Positions 36,225-47,325 of a stretch of DNA of 64,000 nt are shown one piece after another. The notes beneath the pieces were generated by a model that was not told the origin of the DNA, made no database searches, and saw only the letters and a list, made by a program, of their open reading frames with translations. Numbering within the stretch: the stretch's first letter is position 1; each line of letters starts with the position of its first letter. The stretch is from Tubulanus polymorphus (Eukaryota > Animalia > Nemertea): NCBI RefSeq assembly GCF_964204645.1, contig NC_134034.1:7042914-7106913 (forward strand), read 5' to 3'. The translations under genes and the position numbers were made by a program.

Positions 36225-39200
36225 CTACAAGTAGATATATTCTGGGCGTTGGCGTTTCGGGCAGGTACGGCCGCTGGTTTTGTGTCTACTCTCTGTATCT
36301 TCTGTCATCGTCAGTTTGTCTGTTACGGGCTCGACGTTCAGTAGAGATCGGTATTGCACCCCTAAATACAGCTTAAGTCGGTCAAAGTGAACGATCTTAG
36401 GAGCGCTGGACAGCTTGTCCCGCACCTCATATAGGGCATCTGAGAGTCGTTCCATTACTGTATACGGCCCAGTCCAGTTCAACTGGAGTTTGCGATTAGG
36501 ATTTCCGTCGGTCAATTTGGGCTGATAGAGCCAAACCCGGTCGCTGGCGTTGTACGGCTTCCCGTGACGTTTTTGGTCGTATAGTGCCTTCTGTCGCGAT
36601 GTGTTCTTCAGGAGCGCCTTGCGGGCATCTCTGTGTGCCGTTGTTATTCGGGTTCGTACGCTGGCCGTGTAGTCGCTGACGGAAGGATACCGATCTTTCG
36701 GAGGGAGTCCGACGATCAGATCGAGGGGTAGATCGATCTCCCTCAGAAGCATCAGGTAGTTTGGTGACGCTTCTGTAGTGGTGTGCCGGGCGGAACGATA
36801 GGCCATCGAGACGTAGGGAAGTTGTAAGTCCCAATCAAAAGGGTCGTCAGTTGTTGTTAGAGACAACATTGTTTTAAGGCTCCGATTGAAGCGTTCCACC
36901 ATACCGTCGCTTTGGGGACGGTAGGGGCTGCATCTGGTTTGATGGATCCCCAGCAGGGTACAAATTTCGCGGAAGAGATGGGACTGGAAGTTTGAGCCTT
37001 GGTCTGAGTGTAGCTCCCTCGGCACTCCGAAACGGCTGAAGAATTCGGTCACAAGTTTGTCAGCTACCGTCTTGGCCTCGATGTCCGGTACAGCGTAACA
37101 TTCTACCCATTTTGTGAAGTAGTCCATTATGACTATAATGTATTGGTTCCCTGCCGTGGTTTCCTGCAGAGGGCCCATGATATCGACCGCTACTCTTTCC
37201 ATGGGGGATCCAACATTGTATGACTGTAGCTCCGCCAGATATCTTTTCGGCGGCGGTTTCTTCCGGGGACACACCTCGCATTGTTTCACCCACAGATCGA
37301 TGTCGTCACGCATCTCTGGCCAAAAATACCGTCGCTGCACCTTGGAAAGTGTTTTCTCGATGCCTTGGTGACCCCCGACACGACCAGAATGAAGTTGGTC
37401 GAATACGATCCGACGGAGTGGTGGGGGAACGACCAGTTGGGAAAACCCGCCTCGGTGAGGTCTACATTCGCGGAAAAGTATACCATCCTTGATCTGAAGT
37501 AAGTCCCACTCGGACCAATAGCGTTTCGCTTGATTGCTTTTTGGTGCTACATCTTGCCACTGGGGCCTTGATTTTCCTTCGCGTTGAAGTTCAATGAGCC
37601 ACCTCAGATCTTCGTCCTCAAATTGGGCTGTCTTAAGCCCTGTCAGGTCCCAAGGCTCGGGGATTTCGCCGAATGTCGGGTTAGTCACTCGGATATGCCG
37701 ATGCTGCGGTGAACAAGCAACCTGTAGTTTGGTGTCGGTCGAGTCGTCTTCCGAATCGAATCCTCCGTGCTGGACCACGTGGAGGTAACCAATTTTGTCG
37801 CACTGTCGACAGGGAATGCGAGACAGTCCGTCTGCGTTTCCGTGATGTGTTCCCTTGCGGTATTCGATCTGGAAATGGAATGACGACAAAGACTCAAGCC
37901 AGCGAGCAATTTGTCCTTCAGGTTCCTTGAGGCTCATCAGCCACCGTAGGGCGCTATGGTCGGTCCGTATCAGGAATTCTGGCCGGTCAGAAAGTGTTTG
38001 TAGTACTTAACGAAGTACACTACTGCCAGCAACTCTCTGCGTGTTACGCAGTAGTTCTGTTCGGCCCTATTAAGCGTCCGACTTCCGTAGGCAATTGGTT
38101 TTTCTTCGCCCTCCTGTACTTGGCTTAAGACGCCGCCAATGGCAAAAGCACTCGCGTCGCAGTCTAGGACGTATGGGTCAGTAGCGCTCGGGTAAGCTAG
38201 TATTGGTGCACTAGTCAACCTGTCTTTCAAATTGCGAAACGCCGACTCGTGTTCCTCCGTCCAAACAAATCTCTGGTCTTTAGCAGTCAGATGATGAAGG
38301 CTGCTGGCTATTTTTGCAAACCCCGCGACGAATCGTCGATAATAGGTGGCGAGACCGAGAAAACTTCGAACTTCTCTAACGTTGGAGGGTGTTGGCCAGG
38401 TCTGGATACATTCGATTTTTGATGGGTCCGTCTGAATTCCGGCTGCGCTGACTACGTGACCGAGGAAAGCCACAGACTGTTGAAACAGGGAGCATTTCCG
38501 AGGTTTCAATTTGAGCCCTGCTTCTTCCAGTTTGGTGAGGACTAAGTCCAGCCTTTCGAGCATCTCATCTACGGTACTGCTGAATATTAGTATATCGTCT
38601 AAGTAAATCAGACAGACCTCCCACTGCAGGCCGACAAGTACCATTTCCATAAGTCGTTCAAACGTTCCAGGCGCTCCGGACATACCAAACGGTAAAACGG
38701 TAAACTGCCACAGGCCACTCTGGGTGCTGAAAGCGGATTTCTCCTTGGCAGTTTCACTCAGTCCCACCTGCCAGTATCCGGAGTTCAAATCGAGAGTACT
38801 GAACCACATGGCTCCACCTAGGCATTCTAGCGACCGATTGATGTTGGGAATGGCTACGCTTTCAATCGTAGTCACGTCGTTGAGGCGCCTATAATCCACA
38901 CAAAACCGCGTGCTTCCGTCTTTTTTTTCACTAGGACTATCGGAGAGGACCAAGGGGAGCGGGATCGTTCGATCAACCCTCGTCTGTGCATGTCGTGCAC
39001 CAAGTCCTCGGTCTCTTTCCGTTTACTGAGCGGCGGTAACCTGGGTGGTTGTCTTATAGGAGCGTGGTCCCCTGTATTCACCTCGTGTTGCACGAGGTCC
39101 GTTTGTCCCAGGTCCTCGTCGGTTTTGGAGAACGCGTTAGAGTGTTTGGTCAAAAGCTCCGCAAACCGAGTGGCCTCCGTCGGGTTCAAATGTTCGATGC

Positions 39201-40074
39201 TGGTTTCGTACAGCTGTTGTACGTGATCGGGGACGCTTGTCTTTGGGTCTTCGTCATCTGGACAAGTGTTTTCTTCATTTGAGTCCATCGCGCGGATTGT
39301 AGAAACGGCGGTTAGTCGGCCAAGCACTGTCGATCCAGGGAGAACAATCGGTTCGACTCCCAAGTTCATAACGCGCAGACAACGCGCTGTGTCCCCTGCT
39401 GTGGTGTCAATTAATGTTCTTGCGATTGCCAGATCACCACCCTCGTATCTGGTAGTTCCCTCGACGACGCTTAGCATCGGTATCCCCTGGCTGCCCGAAA
39501 CGGTTATAGGAATTGTGGCTTGGTGACGTGGGGGTATCTCTACGCTGTCCAGTGTTCTCACGAGGAACTCTGCTTCTGGTTCGATTGATCTCTTCGGATA
39601 GAGGACGATCTCTTCGTTTTCGCAGATTAGAAGTGAATTGCCGACATCGAGGAATGAGTTAGTTCTCTTCAAAAAATCCATGCCGAGAATTCCGTCTTCT
39701 CCGATGCCCGCGACGACAACGCTCATACGGAACTTACGTTGTCCGAACGTCAACGAACCCGTCGTTCTTCCGTCAACAGAGAGATCGCCACCGTCAGCCC
39801 CGAGTAGCCTGAGAGTTGTTGGTTTAAGCCGAGGTCGGTATGATTCCGGTATAGCGGTGTATGCTTTGCTTGAGATTATCGTGGTACAAGCACCCGTGTC
39901 GACTAGCAGAGTCATCTTCACGTTACCAACATCGGTGATTGCATATAGTCCGTTGTCTGAGTTCTTCCCCGGATGGTAGTTCAGCACGTTGCCTACGGGG
40001 TCGTGTTGGGGCCGATCAATCTCGCTTAATATCTCCGGTCGGTGCCCCTTGGAACCGGAGCGTTGTCGTTTCCC
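36225..40074 (-). CDS. Gypsy Pol: protease, reverse transcriptase, RNase H, integrase (two 1-nt deletions in A-runs at ~38925 and ~37977)
   Basis: LLVDTGA; WSSPIVLVKK, RFCVDYRRLN, LDLNSGYWQ, YLDD; DAS, NYCVTRRELLAVV; HHCC, VAVDIMGP, SDQGSNF, DGMVERFNR, WTGPY. Confidence 0.95.
40008..40074 (-). promoter_or_regulatory. -1 programmed ribosomal frameshift signal (G GGA AAC plus H-type pseudoknot)
   Basis: Slippery heptamer at 40068-40074, 7-nt spacer, stem 1 CTCCGGT/ACCGGAG, stem 2 GGGGC/GCCCC; the -1 frame is open into VLNYHPGKN of Pol. Confidence 0.85.
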
Positions 40075-41081
40075 GAACGCTGCCTGCAGTTCCGAGCGAA
40101 GTGTCCGGGCTGTCCGCAGTTATAGCACGTAGCATTCGTTCGGTGCGAACTGACGTAGTTCCCGGTGGCGGGTGGTTTCTCTGACGTCATCTTTGTGCTC
40201 ATGGTGTTCAAAGCCTCGATCAATTTCGCCATCTGGTCGGACATCCCTTGGACAACCGCGTCACTCTGTGATGTTGAAATATTTCGAGTGGCCGCTATTT
40301 TCTTGCTGGAGAGTTGGGTTTTCTCTCTACGAGCCTCGATGCGACGGAACGTTTCGACCTCGAGTGCTGCGGTGATGGCGTCGGAGAGAGTTCTCGGGCT
40401 TGCTTGAAAGAGCCGCATTCGCATTTCGCCGTCTTGCAGTGCGTCCATGAAGTGAGCTCTTGCCAGTGTATCTCTGGTTTTCTTGTCGGTACCAGGGTAC
40501 GCTAGAGCCACCAGCCGTTTGATCCCATGTCCCAGCTCCGGGAGACTTTCGCCTGGCTTTCTGGTTCTGGCTCTGAGTTCGGCCGTATACAGTTCTTCTC
40601 GGACTTGCGGTCCAAATCTCAACCTCAACGCCGAACACAGGCTTTCAAAATCTTCCCGCTCTTCGATCGTCAGTTCCCGCAAAACTTGTTGAGCCTCGCC
40701 CTTGAGGCTGACGGCAAGATAAGTCGCTTTTTCATCGTCGTCCCATCGGTTCAGATTGGCCACGGACTCGAAGTGGACCTCGAATTCTGTCCAGCTCGCC
40801 TTCCCGTCGTATCTATCTGGCATCGTCGCTGGTCGGTATGGTTTCGGTCTTCTGACTCGTGGTGCGCTTGCCGGCAGTCTAAACTGCACGTGGGGTCCAT
40901 CTCCTCTCTCGGGATGATCGTCGACCTCGTCGTTGTCCTCGATCGCGGTGCCCATCTCTCCGTCGTCCGAGGACGAATCATCTTCGTGTTCGGGTCCGTC
41001 TCCACCTTGAGGAAGGCTGGTCACCGTAAACTCAACCTCTCCGTCGTCCGTAACAGTCATCTCTTTAGAATTGTCCGTCAT
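40026..41081 (-). CDS. Gypsy Gag with CCHC zinc knuckle
   Basis: PDRYDGKASWTEFEVHFESVANLNRW..LAVSLKGEA; CYNCGQPGHFARNC. Confidence 0.93.
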   Translation of the reverse strand: MTDNSKEMTVTDDGEVEFTVTSLPQGGDGPEHEDDSSSDDGEMGTAIEDNDEVDDHPERGDGPHVQFRLPASAPRVRRPKPYRPATMPDRYDGKASWTEFEVHFESVANLNRWDDDEKATYLAVSLKGEAQQVLRELTIEEREDFESLCSALRLRFGPQVREELYTAELRARTRKPGESLPELGHGIKRLVALAYPGTDKKTRDTLARAHFMDALQDGEMRMRLFQASPRTLSDAITAALEVETFRRIEARREKTQLSSKKIAATRNISTSQSDAVVQGMSDQMAKLIEALNTMSTKMTSEKPPATGNYVSSHRTNATCYNCGQPGHFARNCRQRSGNDNAPVPRGTDRRY

Positions 41082-41352
41082 CTCGTCGTATTATTCTATT
41101 GAATCAGTAGTCGAGGAATTTATGATTAATATATATGTGTAGGGGGGGGGGGAGAAAATAGCATTAGTTACACATAACAATGTGCATCAGTTACAGCAAA
41201 TATAACGCGGCCTATCATAACGAGAGTCAATCGCGGAACGCGGAGTGAGAACGAGAGTCATAAAAATAGAAAGTAGAAAAGAAAATATATCGACGCCCAG
41301 CGTCCAGCGGTTTCTTGTAGACATCGTCTTGCCATCAGTTCTTCACACGAAT

Positions 41353-41370
41353 ATCCCACCGCTGCCACCA
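41353..41370 (-). other. Primer-binding site complementary to the tRNA-Leu 3' end
   Basis: TGGTGGCAGCGGTGGGAT, 3 nt from the 5' LTR. Confidence 0.85.
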
Positions 41371-41373
41371 ATT

Positions 41374-42786
41374 TGTAACGGATTCCGTGGACACGGTAAC
41401 CAAAATAGCTTCTCAGTAATATTTGGATTTCGCGGGGGACAAGCAACTCCTGCGCAGCTGTGCTTGTCCCGCCTCCACCCAACTTAGGCCTCACACACGG
41501 CCCGTATCCTCTCGGGGCGCCCTCTATCTCTTCGTGCCTCTTCACCGTTGGTGGGTACGTCCGGGTCCGCTCGTCCTCCTCTTGGAGGCGAGTAATTCAG
41601 CTGGAATCCTCTGCCGGACAAAATGTCGGTAGCGTGACTCCGGCCTCTCCTCAGCTGACCGACCGGATTCCTCGTGTCCTAAAAGTTAGACTACTTGACT
41701 CTGACTCTCTTCCTCACTCCGATCAAGTCCACGATAACTCAAAGAAACGGCCCGATGCTAATTTTGAATTACTAACTAATATATATTTATTTGCAGCTAT
41801 AACCGCCCGAAATCCGATGCAAGCCTCGAATTAATTTCCAAACACTATTTACAATTACACAGTCGGTCATTCCGAACACGGTTACTATATACAAAAGGGC
41901 TCCCGCCCGGACGACGCGGAGTCCGGGACAAACACGGCGTCAGGGGAAACAACCATGTCCGCCGGGGACAACGCGGCGTCCGCCGGGGACAACGCCGACC
42001 CTGAACATCAATAACGGCAAATACTATTTACAACTAATTAGAGCGGTCCGGGTGCCCGCATGTGGACACGGGGACACGGACGGGCAGGTTCTTACATTAT
42101 ATATAATTACTGGTATGTGCAGTCAATACAAGAATTACGTAACGTTTTCTGCGGCGCTTGCAAGCTTTAAGTTGCACGGACAGTCCGAGTGAACGGTTGT
42201 TCTTAGATCTCGCGCTCCGCGTTCCTTTTATAGCCCGCGATTGTCCCCGCCGCGCTCTCATTGGCTGGAACAAAAGCCCGGACACGCGTGATTGGTTACG
42301 CGTGCCACGTGACTTCGAGGTTGGCTGAGTTCCAGCGACAATGAGAGCGGAGCCGGGCAACCAGCTGCACGCCAGCTGCAAAAGGTCACGGCGGACACGA
42401 GAGATACAAAGAATAGTTTAAAATATCATCACAAAGGTAATATTATAATATACATGAGCGATAAATGTTCTTAAAGTAATAAATGAGTTGAAAGGGTTCG
42501 AACCCCGCACTCGGAAGAAGATATAAGTAATAATTACAAATCCAATTCAACCAGAAGGGTTAAAATGAATAAACGCGGACCCGGAACAACCGGTCGCGAA
42601 ACATCGACCCAATTACAAAACACGGACATTTATAAAATGATACAACACGGTCTTGCCGAATAAATACAGTTAAAAGACATTAAACAGGATAACATATTAT
42701 AAGATAGGAGCAGAGCGGTGAAATCCGGGAGAAGGTGATTTTAAATTTAGCGCCAATGTACGGCGAAATCCGCTAGTTTCGCTACA
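41374..42786 (-). repeat. Gypsy 5' LTR (1413 bp) with promoter
   Basis: TG..CA; minus-strand TATAAAAG at 42225-42232, CCAAT boxes at ~42260 and ~42290, E-box CACGTG, AATAAA at ~41790, splice donor AT|GTAAGA at 42096/42095. Confidence 0.95.
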
Positions 42787-43070
42787 CAAGGATGGCCTTT
42801 ATGAAATAAATTTATGAGCCTAGACCGAGCCTCCTACGAGAAAATATCTTACGGTTCATGCCTAAAAATTGACCGAAATCTGCGATTCTAGCCTTCTACA
42901 AGCAAAAATATTACCAAATCCTACCATGAAACTGATTAAAAATCAGCGAATTAGGTCTCAATGAATGCCTCAAGACGACTTATATGTGCAAAAGATGTAT
43001 AAGATAAAAATTATTTGTGAAATTTCATCAAAACTTCAAAATTTGTTATTTTGGCTGTATTGGCTGTCAG

Positions 43071-43562
43071 AGCTCAGACCACTATTCCAAAATCTTCTAT
43101 ATCCTATAGTAAAAACAAGAAATTCGAGAGTTTAGTTCATATATAAGCGCGTAAATTCAGGGGAAATCCTGCTTATGGCTCATAGGCCAGCATCTTAGCT
43201 ACGCATTGAAGTGGTTTTCGCCCCACGTACCCAACCTAACTTTTGAAATAATCAAACCTTTAGAAAGGAGGGGTATCCCAGTACAGGTATGCCAGTACAT
43301 CCGAGCCAAATATCTAAGGGAATCCCCCACCGTGTTTGGTACCCTTACTCCAAGCAAAAAAAGTCCAGGGAATCCCTTATTTCATCATCGATCTGTCTCT
43401 CAGGATCAATGGATTTCATACATATAACCGAAATTCGTTACCTATCCCATTTGCAGAAATTATGGCAACATTTATTGGGGAACTCTTCTTCACTCTAGGT
43501 ACTATTTTTGGGGTCCGGCCCTACGCATCTTCGAGCTACTAACCTAATTGTGGTCTGATGCC
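43071..43562. repeat. 490-bp direct repeat, right copy
   Basis: Near-identical to 26508-26997; followed by ACTAG. Confidence 0.95.
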
Positions 43563-45377
43563 ACTAGCTGACAAAGTCAGAAAAATTGACGTCACTTGAC
43601 GTCCGGTTTGAAGTTCATGGGGAAATCGGAAGTAGAATTACGTCACGCTAAAATCCGGCAGCCCATTAACTAAAATCCGGCAATTTATGAATCGGGTTAT
43701 TTCAGAATGTATTTATTTCGTGAAATTCCGAACAAGATTGGGTCGATGAATAGCTTAACAATGAACCGCGTTGATCGAACAAGTTCGAAAATAGCTGAAA
43801 TCCCCTTAGCAACGGGAGCGAATTCATGAAACAAACCGCGCGCCGCGCCCGGTTCACTGCCATCGCAGGCTCGAATCCCGGAGAATTACGCTCTCGTGCG
43901 CGCGTGCGACAGTCAACCCCAGCCGCAGCGCTGAAATATGTAATCATTTATCAAATTTAATGACCCTAAAACTGCGATGAGTCGCGTTAACGTACGATTT
44001 GTTTAAAATTTCACGGCAGCGCGGCGGCCCGAGGATGGATCGGCACGGTCTCGCTCCGAGGAGCAGCGACATCGCGGTCGGCAAAAACATTAGTCTCCGC
44101 CCCTTCTTTCACCAAATAAGGAATTCGCTACCGCTGGCCACGTGCACTATTAATTTTGAGCCGTAGTTTCCCGGTACTCGACATTCCCCCGAGAATTAGA
44201 GACAAATAAATATTTACGCGAGAGAAATCAATTTTTGTATTGACATTTGAATTTTACTGCTGATGATTTATTAGATTTTTTTTCTGGCAGAAAAAAATTA
44301 TGCAATCGATGCGTTTCAACGTGTCTTTCATTTTTTCGTGCCTTCCTTTACTTTTCAAATGGAGCTAATCTCTAAATTAACACCAGGTCAAATTCTTCAA
44401 TCTCGCAAACCGTCTCAGTTTCACCATAATGTCGGTTTTTATATTTCGGGTTTTACAAAGTGGTTTATAAACCATTGAAAAATTCCTGATACAAATCGAA
44501 ATAATAATCTTTTTAGCAGTGGTAAACCGACCTACCCCGGGTAGCCAAAGACCAGTTTATATTTAGTTAAGAAATGGGTCAAGTTATTTTCATAGAAAAT
44601 TGAATTTCATTAGATCTACAGATGAAATGAACAGGTTCGTCATAATTTTCCTAATCAAAATATTAGCCAAAATTTTTAATAACCAGAAATTAATCGAACC
44701 TTAAAGTTGAAGTTTCATCTTTCTTTCCCCCACCACTTAACTATATGGCATTAGTTTTCATTTTTCCAAGCTTAACAATAAGAATTGATTTAATTTCTTC
44801 AATAATTTAATGCTCGGGGCCCAAATCTACGGAACAATTTCAACATCGAAATAAAATTGATAGACTTTAAGAGTTATAGTAAGAGTTTCTTGGCAGTTTC
44901 ATTGACAACAATTAATTTTCTCGGTGTTCCTTTAGTCACTGACATTATTTTGAGTGGTTTTGTTACACTCCGTGAACGAGGTTGTTTTCGAATCGTTATG
45001 ATTTCTTAATCTTAGTCGTAAAAATTAAATCAAGCTGCAGTGACGAAGCGTCCGTCACTTAGATTTCATCTATTACATATTATACTTTATCTATAGCGGA
45101 TCTATAGCTACTTTCGTTGTTGATGTGCCAATTCTCTTACTTTTCACTTCTGATTAAACCTCGACTTAAGATTATTTCCGACGGCAGGATGCCCCTTCAT
45201 GATTCCTCTCCAGGGGATCGTGCGACGGAAACGAACTCTTGTAGCGACGCCATATTTATTACCTTAGACCTGCACCAGGTGGTGCCTTCGTCACGCTATC
45301 TTATCTATGTGGAATTGCATTTAATGTATTTACGTAAAAACGCTACACTATTTCAAATTGACTTGACAGCTCATCCA

Positions 45378-45660
45378 GTCATATTAGGCACAAAAAAAGG
45401 ACTGGCAGTTGACCTTAAACATTGGTTTTTAATCCATTCTTCACTTTATTGAAGGATATCCAAAAATGTCTGCCTTGAAAAGGGTTTGTGGGAGATATGA
45501 TCAGACTCCATGATTTGAAAGTTGTTTCCATGCCTACCAACTGAAGTTAGGTGTGGAGTTTCAAATCATGGAGTCAATTTTCTCAATCCTTTAATACAGT
45601 TTCAAATGGATTAAAATCAATGTTTTAGGTCAGCTGCCAGTCTTTTCTGGTCATATTAAG
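45378..45660. mobile_element. Palindromic MITE-like element
   Basis: GACTGGCAGTTGACCTTAAACATTGGTTTTTAATCCATT mirrored at 45606-45642; inner GACTCCATGATTTGAAA inverted pair. Confidence 0.6.
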
Positions 45661-46439
45661 ACTTCTATCAGGTATGTGCCATCAAAACTAACGGAGCTAG
45701 GCCACCTGATGAGCTCTGAAGTCAAATTGAAATGGACATTATAGTCTGTATTATAATCGAAAAACTGTTTAATAAAGGACATCAATACAAATTGAGTAAA
45801 CAAAGAATAAAAACTAACTTACCACTCGATACTAGATTACAATTTAATCATAAATCAAGACGAGATGTGAATGAAGAAAAACAACAGCAACAACAACAAA
45901 CAAAAACGAAAAGGATGCACGATAAAACAATTAAGTCAGAAGGAAGTACGAAAAGAGCGAAGAGCTTTAGTAGGGGTCTTATCATACGTTAGAATGAAAA
46001 TAGAGTCATAGAACAGAATCCCGTTATTGTTCTAAACTATAACGTTGAATGGGAAAGACAGGCAACCAGTCTACAATAATATAAGAATAACTAAATAAGA
46101 ATAACATTTGTGGGTCAAAAGAACACCTCTAACCGCCCATCGCTTTTTTCCTTTGGGGTGAAATATAGAATCCAGCCCGGGTTTTAGCTGACATCAAAGA
46201 TTACTTTAAAGTGGGTTCGAGCGCCAAAATGTGCAATTGACAACTACATTAATTAAAGCCAGGGTAGATGGATAACGGGCCTAGGCCATGCGTCCAAACC
46301 ATAAGCTTTCTGGACAACACTATTACCCCCTCCATTTAAACATATACCATAATATTCCAAAAGTTTCAATAAAATCTCAATTCTGCAACAGAGGAGAAGG
46401 GTATAATTGAAATAATAAGTAATTGGAATATCAGGCGTT

Positions 46440-47325
46440 CAGCCCAGAGTACTAGAGTACGACACACACTCATCACCACAAGTAATTTTTTTCCTCACTC
46501 ATCACCACAAGTAATTTTTCCCATAATAAATGGGAGATAGAAAAGCATTCTTAGCGACAATAAATAACAGAATTAAACCAGCAAAAAATTGTTATGTTCA
46601 ATTTCAATAAAAAATTTGACATTAAAATGGAAGCAAATAAGTAGGCCTACTACTTTTCAACATGTAAAATTGATATAGATAAATCTCAAAAAGCAAGACA
46701 CAATAAAACTAAATCTCACTTAGAAAATAAATTTAAGTTAGAATATAAAGATGATATATTAGAAACTAAATTAGATGAATTAAAGAATGAAAAAGAAATA
46801 TATAAATGTGATACATGTAATCGATCATTCAGTGAAAAAAGATATCATGAACAACATTTAAAATCTAAAAGTCATATTAGAAATATGAATAATGATATTT
46901 CAGGTGAAGATTATTTTGATAATGATAATAATAAACCGAAGACAATTAAAAGAATAAAAGATTCTCTAGATAATAAGAAATCATATATGGAAAATGTTAG
47001 AAATTATATTTATTCATTAGGTAATAAAAAAGATATTGAAATAACCGAAGCATTTAAAAGTGAGATTGGTCCAGCTGCTATCGAGTTTAAATTTCATAAA
47101 GGTAAAACATTAGAAGAAAATAAAAAACATTCAGAAAATATGAAAAAGTATTATAAAAATAATTACAATAAATTTTTAAAATCTGAAGATAAACCTATTC
47201 ATAACATAAATTCTCATTCACAACATATTATATCTAAACAACAAAGATGATAGATTAGATAAATGTTTTAATGAAATAAAAAATAAGATAGAAGAGAAAT
47301 ATTTTGAAGGATCTGGTTTGATATT
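46440..47325 (+). pseudogene. Polinton fragment: start of a small gene (46530) and decayed pPolB N-terminus (ATG 46628), cut by a BEL element
   Basis: Colinear with 974-240 (MEANK..KARHNKTK..EIGPAAIEFKFHKGKTLEENKKH..EGSGLIF), with indels. Confidence 0.85.

Larger units (their letters stand above)
27618..42786 (-). mobile_element. Full-length Ty3/Gypsy LTR retrotransposon
   Basis: TG..CA termini, TSD CAAG (27614-27617, 42787-42790), two near-identical LTRs, PBS, PPT, gag, PR-RT-RH-INT domain order. Confidence 0.97.
26441..45082. repeat. Copy 2 of the tandem repeat, interrupted at 26508-43567 by nested insertions
   Basis: AACCGATTCTGACTAG (26492-26507) resumes as CTGACAAAGTCAG at 43568; contiguous in copy 1 at ~24547-24575. 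Confidence 0.85.

Noticed and set aside
26508-43562. 490-bp repeats as retrotransposon LTRs
   Set aside because: No TG..CA termini, PBS or PPT.
46440-46600. Polinton terminal inverted repeat (shared with 50175-50310)
   Set aside because: The two copies are direct rather than inverted and include a gene start; no TSD or terminal motif could be established.
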